DNA of 64,000 nucleotides, taken from NCBI GenBank assembly GCA_002104905.1, contig MCFE01000057.1, positions 1-64,000 of the forward strand. Reading direction: 5' to 3'. Below, piece by piece: positions 47,001 to 58,293 of this stretch; within the stretch, counting starts at the first letter, position 1; the number at the start of each line of letters is the position of its first letter. This DNA comes from Basidiobolus meristosporus CBS 931.73. Taxonomy: Eukaryota > Fungi > Basidiobolomycota. The notes under the pieces were generated by a model. That model saw only the letters and a list, made by a program, of their open reading frames with translations. It was not told the DNA's origin and ran no database searches. Both the position numbers and the translations under genes were made by a program.

Positions 47001-49238
47001 TTTACAGTCTGGGGTTCATCAATATGGACTGAGTAGGCATAGGCTAAGTTTGTACCCTCATTGATATAGTTATTTGGGCTATTTCTTGTCAGATTGGATC
47101 TCCGGGCATTTGATACTGAAATACTCACTTCTGGGATATTCCTGGGGACTGCTTCAGGCTGAACCATGGTTGTAGAGTTCTCTGGAGTGAGAAAGCTCTC
47201 ATTGTTTTGCTCTGATTCAATCCTGACAATTGGTGGACTTGAGATCAGATATTTGTCATCATCTGCTGTGACTTTATGTAAAATCTTGAATTTTCATCAA
47301 ACAACACATCCCTGGACTTGATTAGATTCTATGCTGTGGTATTGTAGAGTCTGTAGGCATCACTCTCATTGCAGTAACATAAAAATATGTATTTTACACT
47401 TTTTGGCTCAAATTGTGACTGATTTCCAGACAGTTTCTTGGCATATGCTGTACATGCAAATATTCTTAGATGTTCTGCACTTGGTCTGTAGCCATACTAT
47501 GCTTCAAATAGAGTAGAATTACCAAGTACTCTGTTACAACGCCTATTTTTACAGTATACAGCTGTGGCAACTGATTCTGCCCAAAAATCATAGGATAATT
47601 TTTGATCATGGATGATAGATCTTGCCATATCAATTATTGATCTGTTAGCACATTCTGCTACTCCATTTTGCTGTGGGGAGTATGGTACAGTAGTCTCTTG
47701 CTATATCCCATCAATTTTGCAGAAGCAGGTGAAGTGTTTTGAGGTATATTCTCCACCATTGTCAGAGCATATTTACTTGATTTTTTTACTAGTTTCTCTC
47801 TCCACCATGGCTTTGAGCTAACCAAACTTAGAAAGAGCTTCTTCCTTTCTCTCCATGAAGCAAACCCATGTGTATCTTATATAATCATCAATAAGGGTGA
47901 TTAAATACTTCATCCTGCCTAAGGATAAATTTTGCATAGGTCCACATAGATCTGATCTTTTCTTAGTTTTGATCTACTCAAAGCTCTTGAACAGTTGTCT
48001 GACTTGTTTCCCATATATGCAGGCCTCACAGTGCTCCAAATTAGCTGGGGGATCAATACTTACTCCAGAAATTAGCTGATCATTGATCATTTTGCACAAA
48101 TAATTGATGTGTCCAAATCTTCTGTGCCAAAGCATTGGTGTTTTTTCATTTGAGTTACTTATATTGGCTTCCAAATATGATGGAATATAAGTCAACCTGT
48201 ATAGATTCTGATCTCTGATACCAAAAGCAATATGGGCACCATTTTGATCAGTGATGTTGCATCCACAATGGTCAAAGCTGAAACTGAGTCCTGCTGCTGT
48301 GGCCTTGCTTACAGATAGTGGGTTCTTGGCTATTTCTGGTACATAGAGTACTTATTTAGAAGTCAGTGTATGGCTTCCTTCACTGGTTCTAAGGTTCACT
48401 TGGATAGTTCCTTCTCCCACTGCATCAAGTGTTCTATTGTTGCCCATGAAAACCTTATTACTTGGAATTTCATGATATTGGGTAAAAAGTTCTTGTTGGT
48501 GTGTAAAGTGTTGAGATGCTCCAGAGTCAATATATCATCTCTGAGAATCCATATTTGTGGTCATATTTAGTACAGATATGAATAGTCTATCTTCAGTTGT
48601 TGCAGCATTTCCATATTCAGGCTTTTTCTGCTGACAATCTCTCTTTTTGAAGCACCAGTCTGAAGTGTGTCCTTTCCTTTTGCAGTAGTTGCAAAACAGG
48701 TTGTTGTTGCCTTTGTAGGGTCTTGGGTACCTACTTTGTTGGTTATAATTGCTTATTAAAGCATTTTCTTCTACCTTCTTATTGGTGCCTGATTTTCTTA
48801 ATTCTTCATCCAGGAGCCTTGCATATACATAATTTAAGGTTCAAATCTTCAGTTCTGGACTCTAGGGCTGATACAAGGTCCTGAAACTTGTCTGTCAGGC
48901 TATTCCAGATGGTTCCTATCAAATCCTCATCAGTAGTTGGTGCACCCACAGATTCCATTTCATCCTCCAGCAGGGTAATTCTGTTAATCAGATTTTTCAT
49001 TTCTTCTCCTGGCAGCGTCTTTGTAGTAAAGAATTTTGGTCTCAGATACATTTTCTTAGCAGCTGAGCATGACTGGTGGGTGTCTTCTGAAGCCTTCCAG
49101 GCATTCTTTGCAGTTTTTGCTCTTCAGCACTGAATTAGCAGTTTGTCTTTAACATCAAGGCAATGTGCAGTTAAAGGCACTTTGTTCTTTCTTCTGGTAC
49201 TCTAAGGCTTCCTCTCCCACATTTAGGAGGGCATTCTT
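44010..49238 (-). mobile_element. Degenerate copia element C (3' LTR 44010-44358; 5' end lost), interrupted by a solo LTR
   Basis: RNase H, RT, IN, PR and gag homology with many stops. gag is cut at 49238 by the LTR of element D. Confidence 0.88.
44961..46031 (-). mobile_element. Solo LTR (1071 bp) of an unrelated family, 4-bp TSD CCGG
   Basis: TGTGGTG...CACTACA termini. CCGG at 44957-44960 and 46032-46035; the copia sequence is continuous across the insertion. TATATAA followed by AATAAA on the minus strand near 45555-45525. Confidence 0.85.
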
Positions 49239-52200
49239 TGTTGTAAGAGTCTTAGAGATATTGGAAGTGACTGGGAGGACAAGTAGATTATGTGGTTTTC
49301 ACTTAATGATTTATTGAATGTAAAAGTAGTATTTATACTATTACCTAGTCTTGGAATTACAAACACCTAGAATAGGTTGAGAAAGATCCCAAGAACATGT
49401 GTGCAAAGTTTGGGGCTGTTTGGACAACTTTGAGATTTTCATGTTCTGGGTACCTGGTATTTTGGTGAAAATGTTCCCAGTAAATCCTAACAAGGAATTT
49501 GATCAGTATTCTCATGAATTTGAGGGTAATGATTTAAGTAACTAAGTTAGGTGAATATTTAGGTGGAATTACAAATTTTACCACACTCCCACTCAGCTAG
49601 ATGTTCAAACTGACTGGTCCTAATTTTGACCTAGCATATTCAAACTTGTCTCTAGCTAATGGTTTGATAAATATGTCTGCAATCATTTCATCTATAGGAC
49701 AGTAAACTAAGCTAACTTAGTTATTCTCTATAGCTTCACATATGAAATGATGTCTAATATCTATGTGCTTAGTTCTAGCATGAAAAGCTGGATTTCTACT
49801 TAATTGTTTACAACCTTGGTTATCTTGAAATAAAGTAATAGGTGTTTTTTGACATAGGTCTAAATCTGTAAAAAGCTTTCTTAACCACATTGCTTTTTTT
49901 GTAGCTTCACAGGCTGCCATATACTCTGCCTCTGTGGTGGAAAGTGCTACAATTGGTTGCTTTTGTGAATTCCAAGAAATTGCTCCTTGATGGTAAAGAA
50001 CGGTGTATCCTGTTGTGGATCTTCTGTCTTCTAACTTTTGTCCCTAATCAGCGTCAGTGTATCCCACAAGATCCTGTTCTAAATCCTTATAAGTGTATCA
50101 TAAGCAGATATTAGCAGTTCCTTTTAGGTATCTAAAAATCCACTTAACTGCTGCAATATGATCAGTTCCATAGTTCTGATTATGTTGGCTGACAACTCCC
50201 ACTGAGTATGAGATATCTGGACATGTTCCAAGCATGATATACTTCGGACTGCTGGCCATAGATTGATAAGGAAAGTCAGGGCTTTCAGATGGCACTAAGC
50301 TCTCTTGATTTGGTTGAGTGTTGACCAAGTTAAGGTTTGTCTCCATTGGGGTAGCTGCTGGTTTACAGTCTTCCATCTGGTACTTCTTTAGTATATCTTG
50401 AATATACTTGGACTGGCTTAGTGTAATAGTCTGGGTACTTCTGTCTATGGAGAGCTTTATCCCTAAGTAGTAACAGAGTTCTCCTAGATTGAACATCTTT
50501 AACTCTTTAGATAGACTGGATTTTGTCTCTTCCAATGTTTCTAGGTTATTGGTGGCTATAATAAGATCATCCACATATAGAGCTAATAGAGCCAGACTTG
50601 CTTTATCTGGCCTATAGTATATACTATAGTCAGCATTACTGCTTTTGAAGCTCAAAGATTCCAAATAAGAATCTATCTTGCAATTCCAGGCTCTTGGTGA
50701 TTGTTTGAGACAATAGAGTGACTTTTTAAGCTTGCAGACCAAATGGGGGTCATTGTGGTCAACAAACCCATCAGGATGGTCTATATACACATCCTCATCA
50801 TGTTCTCCATTCAAAAATGCTGTTTTTACATCCATTTGATGAATAAAAAACTTATGTTTGGCTGCAATAGCCAATATTAATCTGATAAAATTAAGCTTGG
50901 CTACTGGTGCAAAGGTCTCAGTATAGTCAAGTTCTTTTGTTTGAGAGTATCCTTTGGCTACAAGTCTTGCTTTGAATCTTTCAGTGGTACCATCAGCCTT
51001 GTGTTTTGTCTTGAAGACCCATCTGCATCCAATCAATTTTTGGTTGATTGGTAATTTGACTAAGTCCCAAGTTTGATTTTCCATCAGGGCCTGATATTCC
51101 TCAGTCATTACAGATCTCCAAAACTTTGTCTGAGGGCTACTTAGGGCCTCTTTTACAGTCTGGGGTTCATCAATATGGACTGAGTAGGCATAGGCTAAGT
51201 TTGTACCCTCATTGATATAGTTATTTGGACTATTTCTTGTCAGATTGGATCTCCGGGCATTTGATACTGAAATACTCACTTCTGGGATATTCCTGGGGAC
51301 TGCTTCAGGCTGAACCATGGTTGCAGAGTTCTCTGGAGTGAGAAAGTTCTCATTGTTTTGCTCTAATTCAATCCTGACAATTGGTGGATTTGAGATCAGA
51401 TTTTTGTCATCACCTGATGTCATTTTTTGTGAAAATTTTGAGTTTTCATCAAGCAACACATTCCTGGACTTGATTAGCTTCTTTGCTTTGGTATTGTAGA
51501 GACTGTATGCTTTACTCTCATTGCAGTAACCCAAAAATAAGCATTGTACACTTTTTGGCCCAAGTTTTGACTGATTTCTTGGCAGTTTCTTGGTGTATGC
51601 TATACACCCAAATATTCTTAGATGCTCTGCGCTTGGTCTGTATCCATACCATGCTTCAAATGCAGTATAATCACAAAGAACTCTGTTATAACTCCTACTA
51701 TTAAGATATACAGCAGTGGCAACTGATTACGCCCAAAAATTATATGATAATTTTTGATCATGGATTATAGATCTTGCTATATCAATTATTGATCTGTTAG
51801 CACATTCTGCTACTCCGTTTTGCTGTGGGGAGTATGGTACAGTAGTCTTTTGCTTTATCCCATTAATTTTGCAGAAGTCAATGAAGAGTTTTGAGGTATA
51901 TTCTCCCCCATTGTCAGAGCTTATTTTCTTGATTTTTTCACCAGTTTCTCCCTCCACCATGTCTTTGAACTCCCTGAACTTAGACAGAGTGTCTTCCTTT
52001 CTCTCCATGAAGTAGACCCATGTGTATCTTGTATAATCATCAGTAAAAGTGATTAAACACTTCATCCCACCAAAGGATAAATTTTGCATGGGTCTACACA
52101 GATCTGAGTGAATTAGATCTGATTTTTCTTAGTTTTGATCTACCCAAAGCTCTTGAACGGTTGTCTGGCTTGTTTCCCATATATGCAGGCCTCACAGTGC

Positions 52201-53914
52201 TCCAAATTAGCTAGGGGATCAATATTTACTCCAGAAATTAGCTGATCTTTGATCATTTTGCGCTAATAATCAAAATTGATGTTCCCAAATCTCCTGTGCC
52301 AAAGCATTGGTGTCACTTCACTTAAGTTACTTATATTGGCATCCAAATATGATGAAATATCAGTCAACTTGCATAGATTTTGATCTCTGATACCAAAAGC
52401 AATATGGGCACCATTTTGATCAGTGATCTGGCATCCATAATTGTCAAAGCTGAAACTGAGTCCTTCTACAGTGGCCTTGCTTACAGATAGTAGGTTCTTT
52501 GCTATTTCTAGTACATAGAGTACTTCTTTGAAAGTCAGTGTATGGCTTCCTTCACTGCTTCTTAGGTTTACTTGGATAGTTCCTTCTCTCCACTGCATCA
52601 AGTGCTCTTTTGTAGCCCATGTAAACCTTATTAATTGGAATTTCTTGATATTGGGTAAAAAGTTCTTGTTGGTGTGTAAAGTGTTGAGATGCTCCAGAGT
52701 CAATATACCATGTCTGAGAATCCTTGTTTGTGGTCATATTTAGTGCAGATATGAATAGTCTATCTTCAGTTGTTGCAGCATTTCCATATGGAGGCTTCTT
52801 CTGCTGACTATCTCACTTTTTGAAGCACCAGTCTGAAGTGTGTCCTTTCCTTTTGCAGTAGTTGCAAAACAGGTTGCTGTTGCCTTTGTGGGGTCTTGGG
52901 TACCTCCTTTGTTGGTTATCATTGCTTATTAAAGCATTTTCTTCTTCCTTCTTATTGGCGCCTGATTTTCTTAATTCTTCATCCAGGTGCCTTCCATACA
53001 CATAATTTAAGGTCAAATCTTCCGTTCTTGACTCTAGGGCTGATACAAGGCCCTGAAACACATCTGTCAGGCTATTCAGGATGGTAACTATCACATCCTC
53101 ATCAGTAGTTGGTATGCCCACAGATTTCATTTTGTCTACCAGCAAGGTAATTCTGTTAATTAGATTTTCATTTCTTCTCCTGGCAGCATCTTTGTAGTAA
53201 AGAGTGTTGGTCGCAGATACATTTTCTTAGCAGCTAAACATGACTGGTAGGCATCTTCTAATGCCTTCCAGGCATTCTTTGCTGTTTTTGCTCTTGAGTA
53301 TTGAATTAGTAATTTGTCTTTAACATTGAGGCAAATGCAGTTAAAGGCACTCTGTTCTTTTGTCTGGTATTTTAAGGCTTCCTCTCCTACTTTTTCAGGA
53401 GGGCATTCTTCTCCCATGACAATATCCCAAAGGCCTCTTTCTTGTAGCAGCATCTTCACCTTCCACACTTGGTAGTTAGATCCATCCAACTTTTCAGCAG
53501 AGGGAAAAGTTCTGGTAATAGCAGTAGTAGACATTGCAGGGAGTAACAGCTTGGGGCTCATAACCTGTTGTAAGAGTTTTGGAGATATTGGAAGTGATTG
53601 GAAGAACAAGTCGATTTTGTGGTTTCACTTAAAGATTTATTGAATGTAAAAGTAGTATTTATACTTTGACCTGGTCTTGGCATTACAAAAATGTAGAATA
53701 GGTAAAGACAGGTGCCAAGAACATATGGGCAAAGTTTGGGGCTGTTTGGACAACTTATCTAATTTTCATGTTCTGGGTACCTGGTATTTTGGTAAAAATA
53801 TTCCAAGTAAATCCCAACAAGGAATTTGGTCAGTATTCTCAGGGATTTGAAGGATAGGATCTAAGTGGCTAAGTTAGGTGAATATTTAGGTGGAAATACA
53901 AATTTTTTACAACA
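49239..53914 (-). mobile_element. Full-length degenerate copia element D
   Basis: LTRs 49239-49585 and 53566-53914, PBS 53553-53565, PPT 49586-49594. ORF 50098-51534 contains the RT motifs. Flanks TTCTT/TATCT do not match. Confidence 0.93.
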
Positions 53915-55084
53915 TATCTTAAGTGGATATCCACAGTTCCTTTTAAATATCTCAAAGTCTGCTTAACTGCTACAATATGATCAGATCCATAGTTCTGGAA
54001 TATACTTGGATTGACTTAGGGTGATAGTCTGGGTACCTCTGTCTATAGAGGACTATATTTCTAAGTAGTAACTGAGCACTTGTAGACTGGACATCTTGAA
54101 CTCTTTAGATAGGCTGGATTTAGTCTCTTCCAATGTTGCTAGGTTATTAGCAGCTTTAATAAGATTCTCCATATATAGAGCTGATAGAGCTGGATTTGCT
54201 TTATCTAGCTTATAGTATAGACTATAGTCAGCATTACACCTTTTCAAGCACAAGGATTCCAAATAAGAAGCTATCTTGCAATTCCAGGCTCTTGGTGGTT
54301 GTTTGAGACCATATAGATATTTTTAAGCTTGCAGAATAATAGACTTGTTCCATTGTACCGTGCCAGGGCATGCGGCGCAATCCGCAGTTGTAAAGAACAA
54401 TGGGGGGCAATATTATAGCTACCAGAAGGAAGGATTGCTCCTGGACAATTTTGCACTATGCGGGACAATCTTGCACACTATGGCACAATCTGACACGATG
54501 AGGTTGGCACGGATGATTGCGCCAACTTGTAATGTTTGCATCACATGCGCAATTGGATACCGCTATTATGGCAGGTAAAATCCAGTATTTGGATATGTTT
54601 CTTTAATGTATATGGAAATAAATGTGTATCACACTATAAACTACACTAATACTTGACCATTTTGGTTACCCTCACTCCAATTGGATGGTATCTCAGTGGT
54701 TAATTGGTCCAAAAGTATCCTGAAGCTGGCAGCCCCCAATTGGCTCATTGACTACTAAAGAAGCTACCTGATTTGCCATCAAATATCCCATTTTGCTCAT
54801 TGAGGAAGTAAATCCCTGATCCTAGTGATTGGACAAGGTGTCATAGCCAGCATGCAAGCAATTGTCTAGGTGCAAAACAGATCCAATAGCTGCACTGGTA
54901 TTACAGATGATGTATATATATGCAGGGTGTTTATTTATAGGGGTTCTGTCTCAAATGTGAAACGACCTTGATATTACTTATATCAAAAATTTGATGATCA
55001 CTGATTTGCAATGGCTTAATTCAGATTGCAAAAAAAATGGGTTGTCAGGATCATTATGAATTTGAGCAATTCAAAGCAATTGCA

Positions 55085-56338
55085 TTATCTTCTCCTGGGT
55101 TTTTTTCTCACAGGGATTACTACTGAAGCATTTGGTAGTGCCTCACTTTGCACACCTATACTACTTCCTGGCTGACTATCATCTTGGCTACTTGTGTATT
55201 TGCAGTCAGTATTTTGCCTCCTAGTTGATGAGTGCAATGCTATAGCTTGGCCGCACTGAATTGCTCCGACTGAACCGGCCTGTAGTGCCACGCACTGACG
55301 CGTTCTTTTACTTGCCAAGGGCTCTGGTGGTTGAGGCACTTCATGTTGGTCATCATCAGTCAGTTCACCAGAAGTGACTTGCTGATGGTCAGGCAAAACG
55401 GCACGCGCAGGCGCGCCTTGACGCGTTGAGATGGCCCTTGGCTGAGTTTGATGTGATGCTGCAAGTTGACGTGACTTGGTCTGCTCCAATGGACTTGTGT
55501 CTAAATGAGCAGTTTGGCGAGTTCTCGTAGTTTTGCTCTGAAGCGCGCGCGTTGACCCAACGCATGTTGACTCAGTGCGCGTTGACTCAATGCGGGGCGT
55601 TCTGGTTAAGGGTGTTGGCGTACTCTGGACTGACATGCGCCGGCATGCTGTGGTTGCAAGAGATGGTAGGGAATCCAGCAAGGCGTGCTGGCGCAATCTG
55701 GACAATGTTGCTTGCGGTCTGTATTCTTCCTCCTGAAGCTCACCATCTGATTCCTCAAGGTATTCACTTACCCTCTGTCTGATACTTTGGAGCTGTTGCC
55801 TGGATGAGTCCTGTGTATATTGCTCTCAGAAGCCACTTAGCTCTACTAATATATCACGTAGTACATTAGTCATTTGAGGCAAAAACTCATTCAAAATCTC
55901 TTTGGTTCCCAAAGTTGAGGCACGAACAGACGCGTCCAGCCTGTACTGTGCAAATTGCGTGCAAAATTGCTCCTGCACGGCTTCTTTGTCAAATCCCCTC
56001 ACTCTCAGCTCATTCTTGATTTCAATACTTGTCTTGTTATATATCTTTTTACATACATTGGCTGGTATCTTGATGTAGAACTCATGCCACAGCTTTCTAC
56101 TCAAATTCTTCCATCTTTGTTGACTCTCTGAGGTATCTAGTTCTGCTAGGTTAATCAGTAGTGCCCAAATATCTGTATGAAGGCTCATCATTGACACTTG
56201 GGCCATACTAAGATCATTTGGCAACAACTCAAACAGATCCAACATTGACTTTTCCGGTCCAGACCACGCTTGTGAGCTGGGGGATGGGTTTTGTCTGGGT
56301 TGTACTAAAGATGAGTTGAGGCTTGGTACGGGGACCAT
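55085..56338 (-). pseudogene. Transposon partner protein with a Myb/SANT-trihelix-like segment; 417-codon frame with one internal TGA
   Basis: ORFs 55826-56338 and 55085-55705 are in the same frame, and 55706-55825 is open. Segment WALLINLAEL...QRWKNLSRKLWHEF...NVCKKIYNK resembles a trihelix/Myb-like domain. Confidence 0.65.
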
Positions 56339-56697
56339 AGCAATGGATTTGGATACTTATACAGCAGTATATTGGCATCAACCTGGTCTTATATGAAATA
56401 TATATGAAAACTAATGTGATTGTTGAATTTTCCATATATTTTGCATGATGCATCTTGGATTGCGTTGACACGGATCAGATCACATCAATTGCAGTTTTCC
56501 TATATGATTATAGACCTATGATTAAAGCATCAATAAAAGTACCAAGGCATTGTTTGCGGATGATTTTTGCAACATAATGATGGGATACATGGCAATTGAT
56601 GGAGATTTAACCATAATGTATTAAAAATCAGATAAATAATGCAGATTGCGCCAAATCAATTCAAACCGCCTTTATACAATCATCCACCAATTTTAAT

Positions 56698-57582
56698 ATG
56701 ACTTACTCATCTGAATGGTCTTTTCTCATCAATCCCATCACTACCACTGGATTTCCTTTTGACACACTAGAGGAGATCTATTCCAAGTACTGTGGACCAT
56801 CAACCCCAATCTACTCAAGGAGATCCCTTGTCAAGCTTCTCTGCTATTACAAGAACTATTGCCCTACAAGGTTTCATCCCACCATCCATGGCAACAAAAG
56901 TCCTAGAAGCTTTCATTCCCAGCTGACAGCAATGGAGAACCACCTTGCAGAGGGTATGAATGACTTAGAGCAAGCTTGGAATACTAGGTTCAGAAGCTCC
57001 GATAGACTTCCATATCCTGGAGTGTTCAGCAACAGGTTTCATATCAGGAGTATTTTGGATACCTTCCCAGTGAGGATTAACAGACCTTCTAGAGGGCAGA
57101 GGCACTTTTATTCTGGCAAGTACAAGGCACACTGTGTGAAGTTTCAAGCACTGTCTGACATTGAGGGTAACATCATCTGGTTTAGTGGGCCATTTGCTGG
57201 AAGTAGGCATGACAAAGCACTCTGGGTAGAGAATCATCCTGAATTCAGTAGAGGGGAAAAATGTATGGCAGACTTAGCCTATATAGGAGACAATTGTCAG
57301 AGATTAGGATGTATTACAACTTATAGGAAGCCAAGGAATGGTGTGCTTAGCAGGAAGCAGAAGCTCTACAATGAGATATTTAATCATTTCAGAGTGAGGG
57401 TAGAGCACACATTTGGATATCTGAAGAGATTCAGCATATTGGCAGGTAAATACAGAGGAAAGTCATATATAGGAGAAAACAGCAGAATAGGTAAAATAGT
57501 TAAGATACTTGTTAATGCACAGTATGTTCATACAAGAAGACATCCACTGAGAGAAATGTGTTTGGAGCATTATGAAGAGTAA
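56698..57582 (+). CDS. DDE transposase (DDE_Tnp_4 / IS5-PHIS type), intact, 294 aa
   Basis: ILDTFPV..RP, YSGKYKAH, GSRHD, MADLAY, R.RVEHTFGYLKRFSIL, plus an N-terminal helical segment SLVKLLCYYKNY. Confidence 0.92.
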   Translation: MTYSSEWSFLINPITTTGFPFDTLEEIYSKYCGPSTPIYSRRSLVKLLCYYKNYCPTRFHPTIHGNKSPRSFHSQLTAMENHLAEGMNDLEQAWNTRFRSSDRLPYPGVFSNRFHIRSILDTFPVRINRPSRGQRHFYSGKYKAHCVKFQALSDIEGNIIWFSGPFAGSRHDKALWVENHPEFSRGEKCMADLAYIGDNCQRLGCITTYRKPRNGVLSRKQKLYNEIFNHFRVRVEHTFGYLKRFSILAGKYRGKSYIGENSRIGKIVKILVNAQYVHTRRHPLREMCLEHYEE

Positions 57583-58293
57583 ATAAAGCAAGGAAAGCAC
57601 TATTCTGAGCAACATAAGTAAGATTAAGTAAAATTACCAGTAACTGTATCATACCACTGGCATCATGGTAGAAATCATAGTGCCAGATAGTGCTGTAGAG
57701 TGCCAGATCAATCTGGCACCATAAACAGGCTGGCACTATGTGGCACTATCCAACGGAACAAGTCTAATATATGTATTATGAGAATCCTTTAGCCACAAGT
57801 TTTGCTTTGCATCTTCCAATTGTTCCATCATCCTTGTATCTTGTCTTAAAGACCCATCTGCATCCAATTGATTTTTGGTTGATTGGTAACTTGACAAAGT
57901 CCCATGTTTGATTTTCCATCAAAGCCTGATATTCTGCAGTCATTGCAGATTGCCAAACCTTTATCTGAGGCCTATTTAGGGCCTCTTTTATAGTCTGGGG
58001 CTCATCAATATGGATTGAATAGGTAAAGGCTAAGTTTGTTCCCTCATTGGTATAGACATTTGGGCTATTTCTTGTCCCATTGGATCTCCAGGAATTTAAT
58101 ACTGAAATAATCACTTCTGGGATATTGCTGAGCACTGATTCAGGCTGAACCACAGTTTTACAGTCCTCTGGAGTGAGAAATTCTCATTGTTTAGCCCTGA
58201 TTCAATCCTGACTATTGGCAGACTTGAGACCAAGTTTTTGTCATCTACTGATGTCATTTTTGGTGAAAGTTTAGAATTTTCTTCAAACAATAC

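Larger units (their letters stand above)
54341..57765. mobile_element. Complete two-gene PHIS-superfamily (PIF/Harbinger-ISL2EU-related, Pangu-like) DNA transposon, 3425 bp
   Basis: TIRs AGACTTGTTCCATTGTACCGTGCCA (54341-54365) and TGGCACTATCCAACGGAACAAGTCT (57741-57765). AAT on both sides (54338-54340, 57766-57768). Divergent transposase and partner genes. Confidence 0.88.
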
